DNA of 63,468 nt, counting the filler, from Candidatus Delongbacteria bacterium (GTDB lineage: Bacteria; UBA4055): assembly GCA_016937995.1 (NCBI GenBank). It is 4 parts of 4 records of this genome, joined end to end, with 100 filler letters (N's around TTAATTAATTAA, not from the genome) between each part and the next. Parts side by side here need not be neighbours in the genome. Positions count along the whole stretch, not along the records: positions 1 to 15,497 come from JAFGVM010000093.1; 3 more parts are not named here. The stretch is one strand, 5' to 3'. A program made the position numbers and the translations under genes. This document shows, one piece after another, positions 1-9,368 of this stretch (position 1 is its first letter; every line of letters starts with the position of its first letter). The notes beneath the pieces were generated by a model, which made no database searches, was not told the DNA's origin, and saw only the letters and a list, made by a program, of their open reading frames with translations.

Positions 1-99
1 CGCTTTTTGCCATGACCGTTGTGTACACTTCCACAACATTGGCAAAATGGCGCAACGTGATCATCTATGGGTCCGAATGCTTTAGCATTAATACCACAC

Positions 100-128
100 T
101 TGACCATTTAAGTAATTTTTCATATTTT
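100..128 (+). promoter_or_regulatory. sigma70-like promoter of the lipoprotein gene
   Basis: TTGACC-17 nt-TATTTT, about 37 nt upstream of ATG 166. Confidence 0.5.
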
Positions 129-165
129 TAGCAAGGAAATAAAATAAAGAACAACAGGGATAATA

Positions 166-600
166 ATGAAGAAGTATATATTTATTTTAATCAGTATAAT
201 GATCATATTTCTAGGTTGTACAAAAAACAACAGTAGTACCACAAAAGATTACCAGGTACCTGACAGTGTAATGACCGTAGAAAAATATGCTGATCTGGAT
301 TTTGAGCTTGCTTCAATGCTCTGTGAAAAATACTATTCAAAACTCAAAGACAAAGAATACGAGGAAGTAAAAGAAATCTATAATGATTTTTTGCAGGAAA
401 AAAACTCTATTTACAAAAAGTATGGAGTCACTGATCCTTATGAAAATGCTGCCTGGGCAAAAAAAAATACAAAAGAGCTGAAGGAATACAGAAGAAATCA
501 TCAAGAGATAAATTACTATGTAATATTTCCCGAAATAAGAGAAGCCAATGTTACAATATACCGTTTAGCCAGAGCAGAAAATAAGTTAAAATTCAAGTAA
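166..600 (+). CDS. hypothetical lipoprotein
   Basis: 144 aa; MKK, hydrophobic stretch and FLGC lipobox; SD-like AGGGA. Confidence 0.8.
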   Translation: MKKYIFILISIMIIFLGCTKNNSSTTKDYQVPDSVMTVEKYADLDFELASMLCEKYYSKLKDKEYEEVKEIYNDFLQEKNSIYKKYGVTDPYENAAWAKKNTKELKEYRRNHQEINYYVIFPEIREANVTIYRLARAENKLKFK

Positions 601-630
601 GAAAAAGCCGTTCAAATGAACGGCTTTTTC
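601..630. terminator. bidirectional intrinsic terminator
   Basis: GAAAAAGCCGTTCA-AA-TGAACGGCTTTTTC between convergent genes. Confidence 0.85.
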
Positions 631-672
631 AAAATACTGACACTATTTTTACAAACTAGTGACGATGTGTCT

Positions 673-1386
673 CTACTCACTGACAATAGAACCTACTTTA
701 TCTCCCATAATGAACCTCTGAAGATCACCGTTCTTTAACAGATTCACAACTCCTATCTTCAGCTTATTCTCCATACAGAAACTGATGGCAGTAGTATCCA
801 GAACCCTAAGATTCTTATTAAGCACATCAATATACGAAATAGTATCAAATTTCTTAGCATCAGGGTTATTAACAGGATCAGAATCATAAACACCATCAAC
901 TTTAGTCGCTTTAATGATTATCTCAGCTCCGATCTCTCTCGCTCTAAGTACAGCTGCTGTATCGGTTGTAAAGTAAGGATTCCCTGTACCGCCTCCAAAG
1001 ATCACGATACGGCCTTTTTCAAAATGCCTTAAAGCTTTCCTGATAATAATAGGTTCAGCTATTGACTGCATAGGGATTGCACTTTGAATAATAGTTTCAA
1101 TACCTTCAAGTTCAAGTGCGTTCTGAATTGCTATAGAATTAATTATAGTTGCCAGCATACCCATTTGATCAGCCTGAACCCTGTCCATGTTTTTAGCGTG
1201 ATCACTAAGACCTCTGAATATATTACCACCACCAATAACGATACCTATTTCAACTCCAAGACTATATATTTTTTTAACCTGTTGAGCAGTATTCTTAACT
1301 ACTTCAGGATCAATACCATATCCCTGACTCCCTACAAGTGCCTCACCTGACAATTTGAGTAATATCCTCTTATATTTTGCACCCAT
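673..1386 (-). CDS. pyrH: UMP kinase
   Basis: [30 protein letters not shown] motifs; follows tsf; start moved to the ATG after GGAG. Confidence 0.97.
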   Translation of the reverse strand: MGAKYKRILLKLSGEALVGSQGYGIDPEVVKNTAQQVKKIYSLGVEIGIVIGGGNIFRGLSDHAKNMDRVQADQMGMLATIINSIAIQNALELEGIETIIQSAIPMQSIAEPIIIRKALRHFEKGRIVIFGGGTGNPYFTTDTAAVLRAREIGAEIIIKATKVDGVYDSDPVNNPDAKKFDTISYIDVLNKNLRVLDTTAISFCMENKLKIGVVNLLKNGDLQRFIMGDKVGSIVSE

Positions 1387-1435
1387 AACCCTCTCCAAAT
1401 TTTATATACATCAATCTAACGATATAAATTAAATT

Positions 1436-1463
1436 AAAAAAAAAGGCTTTTTACAAAGCCTTT
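1436..1463 (-). terminator. intrinsic terminator after tsf
   Basis: AAAGGCTTT-4 nt loop-AAAGCCTTT followed by a T-tract on the minus strand. Confidence 0.7.
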
Positions 1464-1470
1464 CAAATGA

Positions 1471-2316
1471 TTATCCTATCTGGTAACGAACAAATTTTTT
1501 CACAGCGATCTTAGTTCCCGCTTCCTTTGCAACGTTAGCAATAAGTTCTTTTACCTGCATTTTTTCCTTCACATACTCCTGCTCAAGTAAACATACATCG
1601 GCAAGGATCTTACCTTTTCTACCCTCAACGATCATATCTAAAATGTTCTCAGGCTTATTTTTATTCTTAGGATCTTCTTTAAGCATACTCTTAATTAGCT
1701 CTAACTCACTCTTAACAAATTCAGGATCAAGATCTTCTTCAGAAATTGATCTAGGTGCTAAAGAAGCGATCTGAAGAGTAAGATTCTTAGCAAGTTCGTT
1801 GATCTTATCATCATCAGCTTTTGCTTTATCTTCTATTTCAAGATCAAGAACAACACCGACTTTCTTATTTGAATGAATGTAATAAGCTACTTTATCACCA
1901 ACAATTCTTGTATGGTCCATTACAGTAATATTTTCACCAAGTTTAGCTCTGGCTTCGATCAATTCTTCAGTTATCTCTTCACTCTCGATCTTGTCTGCCT
2001 GATCATTAAAAATAAGATCAGAAACTTTCTCACCGAACTCAACAAATTTCTCAGTATTTGTAACCGGTTCAGTTTCACAAGTTAACTGGAGCATTGATAC
2101 TATTTTAGAATCGTCAGACATTTTACAAAAAATTCGACCTTCCTTAGTCTCATTTCCAAGTCTTTTAGCAGCTTTTGCCATCCCTTTTTCTCTAAGGATC
2201 TTTACTGCTTCATCCATATCACCATTTGCTTCTGCAAGTGCTTTTTTACAGTCCATCATTGGAGATCCGGTTGATTTTCTCAGGTCCCCTACCATTTTAG
2301 CTGTTATTTCTGCCAT
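1471..2316 (-). CDS. tsf: elongation factor Ts
   Basis: LRKSTGSPMMDCKKAL, CETE, C-terminal FVRYQIG; follows rpsB. Confidence 0.97.
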   Translation of the reverse strand: MAEITAKMVGDLRKSTGSPMMDCKKALAEANGDMDEAVKILREKGMAKAAKRLGNETKEGRIFCKMSDDSKIVSMLQLTCETEPVTNTEKFVEFGEKVSDLIFNDQADKIESEEITEELIEARAKLGENITVMDHTRIVGDKVAYYIHSNKKVGVVLDLEIEDKAKADDDKINELAKNLTLQIASLAPRSISEEDLDPEFVKSELELIKSMLKEDPKNKNKPENILDMIVEGRKGKILADVCLLEQEYVKEKMQVKELIANVAKEAGTKIAVKKFVRYQIG

Positions 2317-2364
2317 AATTTATCTCCGAAATTTTCTTTTATTAATAATTTTACCTGTTCCTTT

Positions 2365-3219
2365 TTAAGCTGTTGCTTCTGACGGTGTTTCATCTTTATC
2401 ATCTGCAATCTTTTCATCCTTTACATCCCCGTCTTTCTTTACCGGTTTTCTTAAAGGTCTTTTAGGAGCTCTTTTCGTTTCTTCATTCGGAGTTGAACTG
2501 GTCGATTTTTTACCTTCATCCGCTAATTTAATATTTGCCACCTGACTTGCTTCAAGAATTGAATCACTGAAAACCTTAGTGATCAATCCGATAGATTTGA
2601 AAGCATCATCATTTGCAGGAATAATATAATCCAGACCGTCAATGTCTGAATTTGTATCAACAATAGCAAAAATAGGTATATTTAACTTCTTTGCTTCTTT
2701 GATCGCAATTGATTCTTTTTGTGTATCAACCACAAATATCGCATTAGGAATAACTTTCATTGTTCTAACACCTTCAAGAACCTTATGAAGTTTTGCTTTT
2801 GTTTTTTCAATAACAATTATCTCTTTCTTACTTATCTTCTCATAAGTACCGTCAACAGCTTTCTTCTCATACTCTTCAAGAGTTCTGATAGAATTTCTTA
2901 TTGTCTGAAAATTAGTTAAAAATCCACCTAACCATCTTTCAGTTACCCAGTTCATACCACATCTTTGTGCTTCTTCTTTAAGAAGGTCTTTCGCTTGAGC
3001 TTTGGTACCTACAAAAAGTATCTTACCTCTTTTTGAAATGATCTTCATCGCTGCGTTACAAGCTTCTTCGATCTTAAGAACTGTTTTGTTCAGATCGATC
3101 AAGTGAATACCTTTCTTCTTTGTAAAGATGTACTGCTTCATTTTCGGGTTCCATCTTTTAGAAAGATGACCGAAGTGCGATCCTGCTAACAATAGCTGTT
3201 GTGCTGTTACTCTTGGCAT
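2365..3219 (-). CDS. rpsB: 30S ribosomal protein S2
   Basis: AGSHFGH, WNPKM, RWLGGFLTNF, IPANDD; true start ATG 3219 after AAGGAG. Confidence 0.97.
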   Translation of the reverse strand: MPRVTAQQLLLAGSHFGHLSKRWNPKMKQYIFTKKKGIHLIDLNKTVLKIEEACNAAMKIISKRGKILFVGTKAQAKDLLKEEAQRCGMNWVTERWLGGFLTNFQTIRNSIRTLEEYEKKAVDGTYEKISKKEIIVIEKTKAKLHKVLEGVRTMKVIPNAIFVVDTQKESIAIKEAKKLNIPIFAIVDTNSDIDGLDYIIPANDDAFKSIGLITKVFSDSILEASQVANIKLADEGKKSTSSTPNEETKRAPKRPLRKPVKKDGDVKDEKIADDKDETPSEATA

Positions 3220-3350
3220 TGTGTCTCCTTTTAATTTTGGGGTTGTTAACACCTTACGGTGCATCCGTAATCATTTACGGATTATCATGCTTCAATCATC
3301 CCTTTGAAAGCTACACTTACGTGCACCCCTGTCAAAGGTCATGAGCATGT
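3220..3350 (-). ncRNA. rpsB (S2) autoregulatory leader, t44-like
   Basis: GGGGUG in an internal loop (3324-3329) and complementary AACCCC before the SD (3239-3244), within a long CAUGC...GCAUG stem, as in the E. coli rpsB leader. Confidence 0.75.
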
Positions 3351-3361
3351 TTCTATTTATG

Positions 3362-3390
3362 GTAGAGACGCTCCAGTAGAGCGTCTTTAC
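3362..3390. repeat. GTAG-type REP-like palindrome
   Basis: GTAGAGACGCTC-CAGTA-GAGCGTCTTTAC; related copies at 5276, 6290, 47196 and half copies near 668 and 14191. Confidence 0.75.
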
Positions 3391-3541
3391 GGAATTATCT
3401 GATTATTAAGAAGTGTTAAGGGATTGCTTAGTATCAAGTATTTTCAGGAGTAATTTGATTTTTGTGAATGAACTTAGTGACCTAAGTGACATGATTAAAA
3501 ACAAATTACGACACCAAAATACGCAGATAATAAGCGATCGA

Positions 3542-3943
3542 TTAACGCTTCGAGAATTGGAATTTCTTTCTTGCGCCGGCAAGACCATACTTCCTTCTCT
3601 CTTTCTCTCTAGAGTCTCTGGTAAGCATTCCAACTACTTTCAGATTAGATTTAAGATCTTTATCATAAACCGCTAAAGCTCTTGAAATTCCTAAACGGGT
3701 CGCACCTGCCTGACCTGATAATCCGCCGCCTCTAACATTAACAAAAATATCGAATTTACCGATATTACCTGTAATTTCAAGAGGTTGTTCAAGATCCATC
3801 TGAAGTATTTTTTTCTTAAAATATTCTAAGCTGTCAGTATCGTTAACAACGATCTTTCCTGATCCGGGCTTAATCCTTACTCTTGCTGTGGCACTTTTTC
3901 TTCTGCCTACTGCTGTAAAAAATCCTTGAGCGTTTACTTTCAT
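3542..3943 (-). CDS. rpsI: 30S ribosomal protein S9
   Basis: GRRKSATARV, GGGLSGQAGA, C-terminal QFSKR. Confidence 0.98.
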   Translation of the reverse strand: MKVNAQGFFTAVGRRKSATARVRIKPGSGKIVVNDTDSLEYFKKKILQMDLEQPLEITGNIGKFDIFVNVRGGGLSGQAGATRLGISRALAVYDKDLKSNLKVVGMLTRDSREKERRKYGLAGARKKFQFSKR

Positions 3944-3965
3944 TTATATCATTCCTGTATTATTT

Positions 3966-4388
3966 TTATAGTTCCTGGGGTAATTGAGCTGAATGTGGAT
4001 GTTCGTTACCAACGTACACTTTCAATCTTTTCATTCTTCTTGCTCTCATCTTGTTCTTTGGAAGCATTCTGCTTACAGCTTTAGAGATGATCCTTTCAGG
4101 ATGTTTCTCTCTCAGGTCTTCAACTGTCTGCATCCTTCCACCACCAGGATATCCTGTATAGTGAAAATATTCTTTTGCAGTTTCTTTGTTGCCGGTCAGA
4201 AAAACTTTCTCAGCATTTACAACTACAACAAAATCTCCAAGATCAATGTGAGGTGTAAATATCGGCTTTTCTTTTCCGATAAGCTTTACAGCGATCTGAG
4301 TAGCTATTCTACCTAAAGTTTTACCTTCAGCATTTACAACATACCATTTTCGGTCGATATCGGTATGTTTTGCACTATAGGTTTTCAT
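3966..4388 (-). CDS. rplM: 50S ribosomal protein L13
   Basis: RKWYVVNAEGKTLGR, GDFVVVVNAEK, HPHSAQ; start MKTYSAK after GGAG. Confidence 0.98.
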   Translation of the reverse strand: MKTYSAKHTDIDRKWYVVNAEGKTLGRIATQIAVKLIGKEKPIFTPHIDLGDFVVVVNAEKVFLTGNKETAKEYFHYTGYPGGGRMQTVEDLREKHPERIISKAVSRMLPKNKMRARRMKRLKVYVGNEHPHSAQLPQEL

Positions 4389-4515
4389 TTTTTCTCCGTT
4401 TTTTCTATTATTTAAAGTTATTTTCGTCACTGTCATCGTTTATCTGCTTAGATAAACTGCCGGTGTTTCATAGTTAATTTGTGCTTAATAATTAACCGTT
4501 CACGCAGCGCACACA

Positions 4516-4544
4516 AATATAACAAACGCGATCTAAATACGCAA
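4516..4544 (-). promoter_or_regulatory. sigma70-like promoter of rplM-rpsI
   Basis: TTGCGT-17 nt-TATATT with an extended -10 TG. Confidence 0.55.
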
Positions 4545-4602
4545 CTAAAATATTTCTGTTATTTTGATAAATATCAAGGATTTAAAAAAACATTTAAGGG
4601 CT

Positions 4603-5199
4603 TTACTTTCCTTCCTTTTTTCTTTTTGCGGCGATTTCAGGATATAATTCTTTTAAACAATCAGGGCATATCGAATGTGAGAATTTTGCATCGGAACGTG
4701 TACTTAAATATTCCTCAACTTGAGCCCAGTAACCTTCATCATCCCTTACTTTTTTACATGATGAACATATAGGGATAATGCCATGAAGTGTTTCGATCTC
4801 GCTTCTGAGATGATTTATCACTATCTTTAATTTAAGCATTTTAGTAATATCTCTGATCTCTTCAATTACAAACTTAATTTCATTATTTTCATCAAAAATA
4901 GGAGTAGCTGTTATCTCTTCAAAAACTTCAACTCCGTCATAAATATGCTTGTGAACGACTTGCTGGTTAGTTTTTGTTTTAAAACATTCTTTTACAGGAC
5001 ATTCTTCACCATTTTCCCAGCAGGGTTTCGATGAATCATGAGTTAATGCAAAACAGCTTGAACCACAAGTTTGTTTAGTTTTAAATATTTCTGCAGCTTT
5101 ATTGTTTGTGGAAATAACTTTAAAATCTTTATCTATCACAATAACCGCAAAAGAAAGATTATCATAAACATTACAACCTATTTTTTCACAATCTTTCAT
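4603..5199 (-). CDS. PAS-domain protein with a C-terminal putative Zn-binding domain
   Basis: PAS-like VIDKDFKV..N and ITATPIFD; tail IPICSSCKKVRDDEGYW...SHSICPDC. Confidence 0.8.
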   Translation of the reverse strand: MKDCEKIGCNVYDNLSFAVIVIDKDFKVISTNNKAAEIFKTKQTCGSSCFALTHDSSKPCWENGEECPVKECFKTKTNQQVVHKHIYDGVEVFEEITATPIFDENNEIKFVIEEIRDITKMLKLKIVINHLRSEIETLHGIIPICSSCKKVRDDEGYWAQVEEYLSTRSDAKFSHSICPDCLKELYPEIAAKRKKEGK

Positions 5200-5275
5200 A
5201 ATTATACCTCTTTTTTTTAATATACGAAATAAACAGGTGTAACAAAATGATAATAATTACTATCACGCAAAAACA

Positions 5276-5304
5276 GTAAAGACGTTGCTGAGCAATGTCT
5301 CTAC
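5276..5304. repeat. GTAG-type REP-like palindrome
   Basis: GTAAAGACGTTGC-TGA-GCAATGTCTCTAC. Confidence 0.7.
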
Positions 5305-5309
5305 AAACC

Positions 5310-5337
5310 TCTGACTTCTAATTTCTGACTTCTGACT
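5310..5337. repeat. heptamer tandem repeat (TCTGACT), about 4 degenerate copies
   Basis: tctgact-tctaatt-tctgact-tctgact directly after the lepB stop. Confidence 0.6.
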
Positions 5338-6180
5338 TTATTGAATAAAGTATCCAATCCTTGACCAGCGAATAGCTTTCAGAAGCGGTGCTTCAGAATC
5401 CCAGGAGAAGTAAACCATGATAGGTTTACCAACAATGTAATCCTCTTCAACAAAACCCCAGTAGCGACTATCGTAACTGTTATCTCTGTTATCACCCATC
5501 ATAAAATAACAACCTTCGGGTACTGTTAAAGGGCCAAAATTATCTCTATTTCCTAAATTTTGAAAAACTCCCGGTTGTTTGTAATCTTCCGGTAACACTC
5601 TAAGGTCCGTAAATCTTGGTTTAGCTTTTCCCTCCTCGAACATTGGATCTATTTCAACCGTATCGTAAAATTCTCCGAATCTTTTATCATCAACATAAAC
5701 TTCCTTATTTTTTACCTCGACCGTCTGACCAGGCAAAGCAATACATCTTTTAACGTAATACAACCATTGATCATACTGCTCATCGAAATGCTTGAAAACA
5801 ACTACATCACCTTGTTTGATCTTTTTAAAAATAGGTGTTTTAACCCATGGGATACTGAATCCTATCTCAGTGAAAGGAATTCCGATCCAGTCAGGTGTTC
5901 TGAAACCATAAATGAACTTATTGACCAAAAGCATATCGCCAACTCTAAGAGTCCTTTCCATTGATCCTGTAGGTATTCTGTAAGCTGATACTATGAATGA
6001 CATTATTAAAAAAAGCATTATTATGAGACCTATTACAGATCTAAAAATCTTTTTTAGGTTACTATTTTTCGTTTCATCATACGATGATGCATCATTTGCT
6101 ATTAAAAATAATGACAGTAGAAACTTAATTATTTTTGAAATACTTCCTATAACTGATTTGTCACTTTTCTTCTCTTCCAT
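5338..6180 (-). CDS. lepB: signal peptidase I
   Basis: IPTGSM (Ser), YVKRCIALPG (Lys), GDNRDNSYDSRYWG. Confidence 0.95.
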   Translation of the reverse strand: MEEKKSDKSVIGSISKIIKFLLSLFLIANDASSYDETKNSNLKKIFRSVIGLIIMLFLIMSFIVSAYRIPTGSMERTLRVGDMLLVNKFIYGFRTPDWIGIPFTEIGFSIPWVKTPIFKKIKQGDVVVFKHFDEQYDQWLYYVKRCIALPGQTVEVKNKEVYVDDKRFGEFYDTVEIDPMFEEGKAKPRFTDLRVLPEDYKQPGVFQNLGNRDNFGPLTVPEGCYFMMGDNRDNSYDSRYWGFVEEDYIVGKPIMVYFSWDSEAPLLKAIRWSRIGYFIQ

Positions 6181-6289
6181 TTATTCCTCTGTTGGTAGAC
6201 TTATTGCATGGATAATATGAAAATTGAAACTAATAGTCAATTTCATAAATCTTTAAACTGAAAAAAAAACAAAACGTTCTGTGTATTAT

Positions 6290-6361
6290 GAGACGTAAAG
6301 TGTTACGTCTCTACAACGTCTTGTATATTGGACATTCCTGCCTGTCCCGATTTATCGGGAT
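6290..6361. repeat. REP-like palindrome plus a second palindrome (compound intergenic repeat)
   Basis: GAGACGTAA-AGTG-TTACGTCTCTAC followed by TCCCGAT-TT-ATCGGGA. Confidence 0.6.
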
Positions 6362-6385
6362 GTTGGTTATTGGATATTCATTCTT

Positions 6386-8521
6386 TTATAATTTGAAGAA
6401 TTCCCAGACTTGACCCTGAGAAGTCCTAGAAAGCAGATCATCCACAAATTCTTTCTTATGAAGATAGGTTGATATTCCTGCTAAAACCCTGATATGCGGG
6501 TCATTCTTTTTTGTTGATGAAACAAGCAATATGATAACCTTTGTAGGCAAACCATCTATAGAGTCAAAATCAATTCCATTTTTTTTAAAACCAACTGCCA
6601 GTTGAACCTGTTCAGTTCCCTCTGTTCTTGCATGTGGTATTGCAAGACCATTCTGCATACCTGTGCTGATAACACTTTCTCTTGCCATCACTTCATTAAA
6701 GATATCATCCTTATTTATGATCTTCCCGTTCTTTTCCAAAAGATCAACTAGCTCTCTGATCACTTCTTCTTTTGTATTTCCTTTAAGGTCCATTTCTATA
6801 CAATTCGGATCCAATATCTTTGTAATATCAATATTTACTCTGGCTTTTTTATCGGGCATTACAGTTTTTCTCAACTCATCTGGATTGGTCATGTCCTTTA
6901 ATTTATCGAGATTATATTTCAATTTCATGAATGATTCATAGATCATTGTTCTTACAAATGACATATCCTCAGCTTTAGTATTGAAAATTATCCTATCTGA
7001 AAATTTATCAAGCCTTACAAAAATATCATCCTTTCTAATATGGTAAATTTCATAATCCAATGTCATTTTGTTGATAAAGAAACCTTCATTGTCGAAATAT
7101 TTTATAATATACGATTCAAAGAACTCAGTTCTTTCGGAATTATCCAAATACAATTCATATGATTCACTTGTCATATCTTTTACTTCTTTTCTAGTTCCGC
7201 GTTTTTTATCTTTCAATACCATATTGAGTAGTGGTGGGGGAATTAATATACTCATAAGGATCATCAGTATTACTATTCCATAGATCTCGGAGTCAATGAA
7301 ATTGTTTGATAGACCAATACCTGCTATAATAAAGCCTACTTCACCTCTGGGGACCATCCCTAAACCGATCCGTAAACTTCCCAGCTTATTAAAACCGGTA
7401 AATAATGCGGGAATACCGCAACCGAATATTTTTCCAAGAATAGCAACAATACCATAAGCAAAACCGATATATAACATTTTACTGTCAATGGCGTTAATAT
7501 TTACCAACATACCCATAACGGTAAAAAATATAGGAACAAAAAATACTTTCAATGGATGGATAGTGTCTTGAATAACATAATTAATATCAGTATTTGATAA
7601 GGTTAATCCCATTACATAGGCACCTATTATCATTGCAAGACCTGCGCTTTCAAATATTCCTGCTAAAAACAATGCAAATCCGAATGATAGAACGGTGAAA
7701 GTATATTTATCTTTAAATATTTTGAGGAACTTACTTATCTTATTCGACAAAAGTAATCCTACCACTGTAAATCCAATCCAAACAATGACAGCTTTGAATG
7801 AGATCACACTTATCTCCACCCAATCAATAGCCCCACCCACCGTAACCACAGTCGAAACACCTAAGATGACAGCCAACAAAATAATACCTAACACATCATC
7901 TATTATAGCTGCTGATAAGATCGTAACACCTTCTGGTGACTCCATATATTTTTTCTTTGATAATATCCTAGCAGTTAACCCGACAGAAGTAGCTGTACTT
8001 ATTACACCGAGAAACAAACATTTTGGATCCAAAAAATGAAGATCGAAAAGATACATTCCTGCTAAAACACCCGGAAAGAAAGTACCAACAAGTCCTCCGA
8101 TCCCAACTATAGAACCGGTAATTGAATATTTTTTTAATAAATTGATGTCCGTTTCCAACCCTGCTATGAATAGTAACATAATGGATGCTATTACAGATAC
8201 TCCATATATCTCCGAACTAATTGGAATTGCTCCATCATTCAAAGGGAAAAAGCCATTCGGGAATCCTAAAAAAGGAAGAGGAATCTTCCCAAGCATATAC
8301 GGACCTATCAATATCCCGGCAGTCAATTCACCCAGTGTAGTAGGTAAATTAAACTTTTCAAATAAAAGTCCGAATCCTCTTGCAGCAAATATTATCAGTC
8401 CAAGATGAAAAACAAAAGAGGTCATTAAATGTATAATGTTATCCTGCTTGGGAACATGCTCCGATGCAAAGATCATTGTTGAAGACAGTAGAACATAGAC
8501 TACAATATTTTTTAAGTTCAT
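6386..8521 (-). CDS. CPA2-type cation:proton antiporter fused to a PTS EIIA-like domain
   Basis: about 13 TM segments, GLETD, AAIIDD, GMVPRGEV; C-terminal RESVISTG..GLAIPHAR with the phospho-His. Confidence 0.9.
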   Translation of the reverse strand: MNLKNIVVYVLLSSTMIFASEHVPKQDNIIHLMTSFVFHLGLIIFAARGFGLLFEKFNLPTTLGELTAGILIGPYMLGKIPLPFLGFPNGFFPLNDGAIPISSEIYGVSVIASIMLLFIAGLETDINLLKKYSITGSIVGIGGLVGTFFPGVLAGMYLFDLHFLDPKCLFLGVISTATSVGLTARILSKKKYMESPEGVTILSAAIIDDVLGIILLAVILGVSTVVTVGGAIDWVEISVISFKAVIVWIGFTVVGLLLSNKISKFLKIFKDKYTFTVLSFGFALFLAGIFESAGLAMIIGAYVMGLTLSNTDINYVIQDTIHPLKVFFVPIFFTVMGMLVNINAIDSKMLYIGFAYGIVAILGKIFGCGIPALFTGFNKLGSLRIGLGMVPRGEVGFIIAGIGLSNNFIDSEIYGIVILMILMSILIPPPLLNMVLKDKKRGTRKEVKDMTSESYELYLDNSERTEFFESYIIKYFDNEGFFINKMTLDYEIYHIRKDDIFVRLDKFSDRIIFNTKAEDMSFVRTMIYESFMKLKYNLDKLKDMTNPDELRKTVMPDKKARVNIDITKILDPNCIEMDLKGNTKEEVIRELVDLLEKNGKIINKDDIFNEVMARESVISTGMQNGLAIPHARTEGTEQVQLAVGFKKNGIDFDSIDGLPTKVIILLVSSTKKNDPHIRVLAGISTYLHKKEFVDDLLSRTSQGQVWEFFKL

Positions 8522-9348
8522 TTAAAATTTTCCAGATTTTTTATGATTATCTTTCCACGGATATAATCATAAAGATAAACATTGTTTTTGTCAATAGCCG
8601 AAGAATAGATATCTGTAGAGGATAAATCTATATCTGTAGTTTTTTTTGAATGCTGTAAAGATACTTCAATTGTAAAAATTGCAAGCTTACCATTTTCGTT
8701 AGTTAAAATGACCGGTCTATCTTCAACTATAGACATATTCCCGTAGTTGTTTTCAGACGGAAGGAATATTTCATTCAACTTATTCAGATCACAGTCAAAT
8801 ATTGCTAAGATTTTGGTAGAGTTATCAATAACATATATTTTTTCAGATGCAACAGATAATGAACTCTGACCGAATTTTGATCCATTGGAATTTGAAGAAC
8901 TTATATTTATTTCGGATATTTTTTTTGATTTAGTGTTGATCGAATAGAGCATTTGACCTTCCTGATTTGACCTGGAAGTGACTATCAGATCATTTCCTAT
9001 CTTCGCAATTTTATCCGGGCTGAATACTTTAAAAGTATCAACAATAGAATTATCTTTTAACTTAAATATTTCATCGTAAGTATTCGAATAGTAAATATCT
9101 TCACCGTCTAAAACAAAATCCAGCACAAAGTCCCTTCCATTTATATCAATATCTGAGACTGTTACTAGAGAATCACCATCTATCTTCTGAATAGATGAAT
9201 TCGTGGAATTTAGAACATACGGTTCATTATCATACAATTTGATCATGTTTATTGCACCATGAGAAGAAGTATCAATGATAATGTCTTCCTGAATTGAACT
9301 GCATGAAACAAGTATGAGTAAAAAAGCGATTAAAAATAGAATTTTCAT
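8518..9348 (-). CDS. hypothetical lipoprotein, beta-rich (possibly a beta-propeller)
   Basis: LVSC lipobox; ATGA overlap with the antiporter gene. Confidence 0.7.
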   Translation of the reverse strand: MKILFLIAFLLILVSCSSIQEDIIIDTSSHGAINMIKLYDNEPYVLNSTNSSIQKIDGDSLVTVSDIDINGRDFVLDFVLDGEDIYYSNTYDEIFKLKDNSIVDTFKVFSPDKIAKIGNDLIVTSRSNQEGQMLYSINTKSKKISEINISSSNSNGSKFGQSSLSVASEKIYVIDNSTKILAIFDCDLNKLNEIFLPSENNYGNMSIVEDRPVILTNENGKLAIFTIEVSLQHSKKTTDIDLSSTDIYSSAIDKNNVYLYDYIRGKIIIKNLENFK

Positions 9349-9368
9349 AATTTATTATTACATTCTTG

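Noticed and set aside
1-107. Minus-strand Cys-rich ORF start (MVKCGINAKAF...CQCCGS)
   Set aside because: Only 35 codons are visible, there is no SD, and it overlaps a promoter and a hairpin; it cannot be supported.
3406-3676. Short ORFs overlapping rpsI and the many antisense or shadow ORFs in the track
   Set aside because: They overlap well-supported genes and have no motifs or SD.
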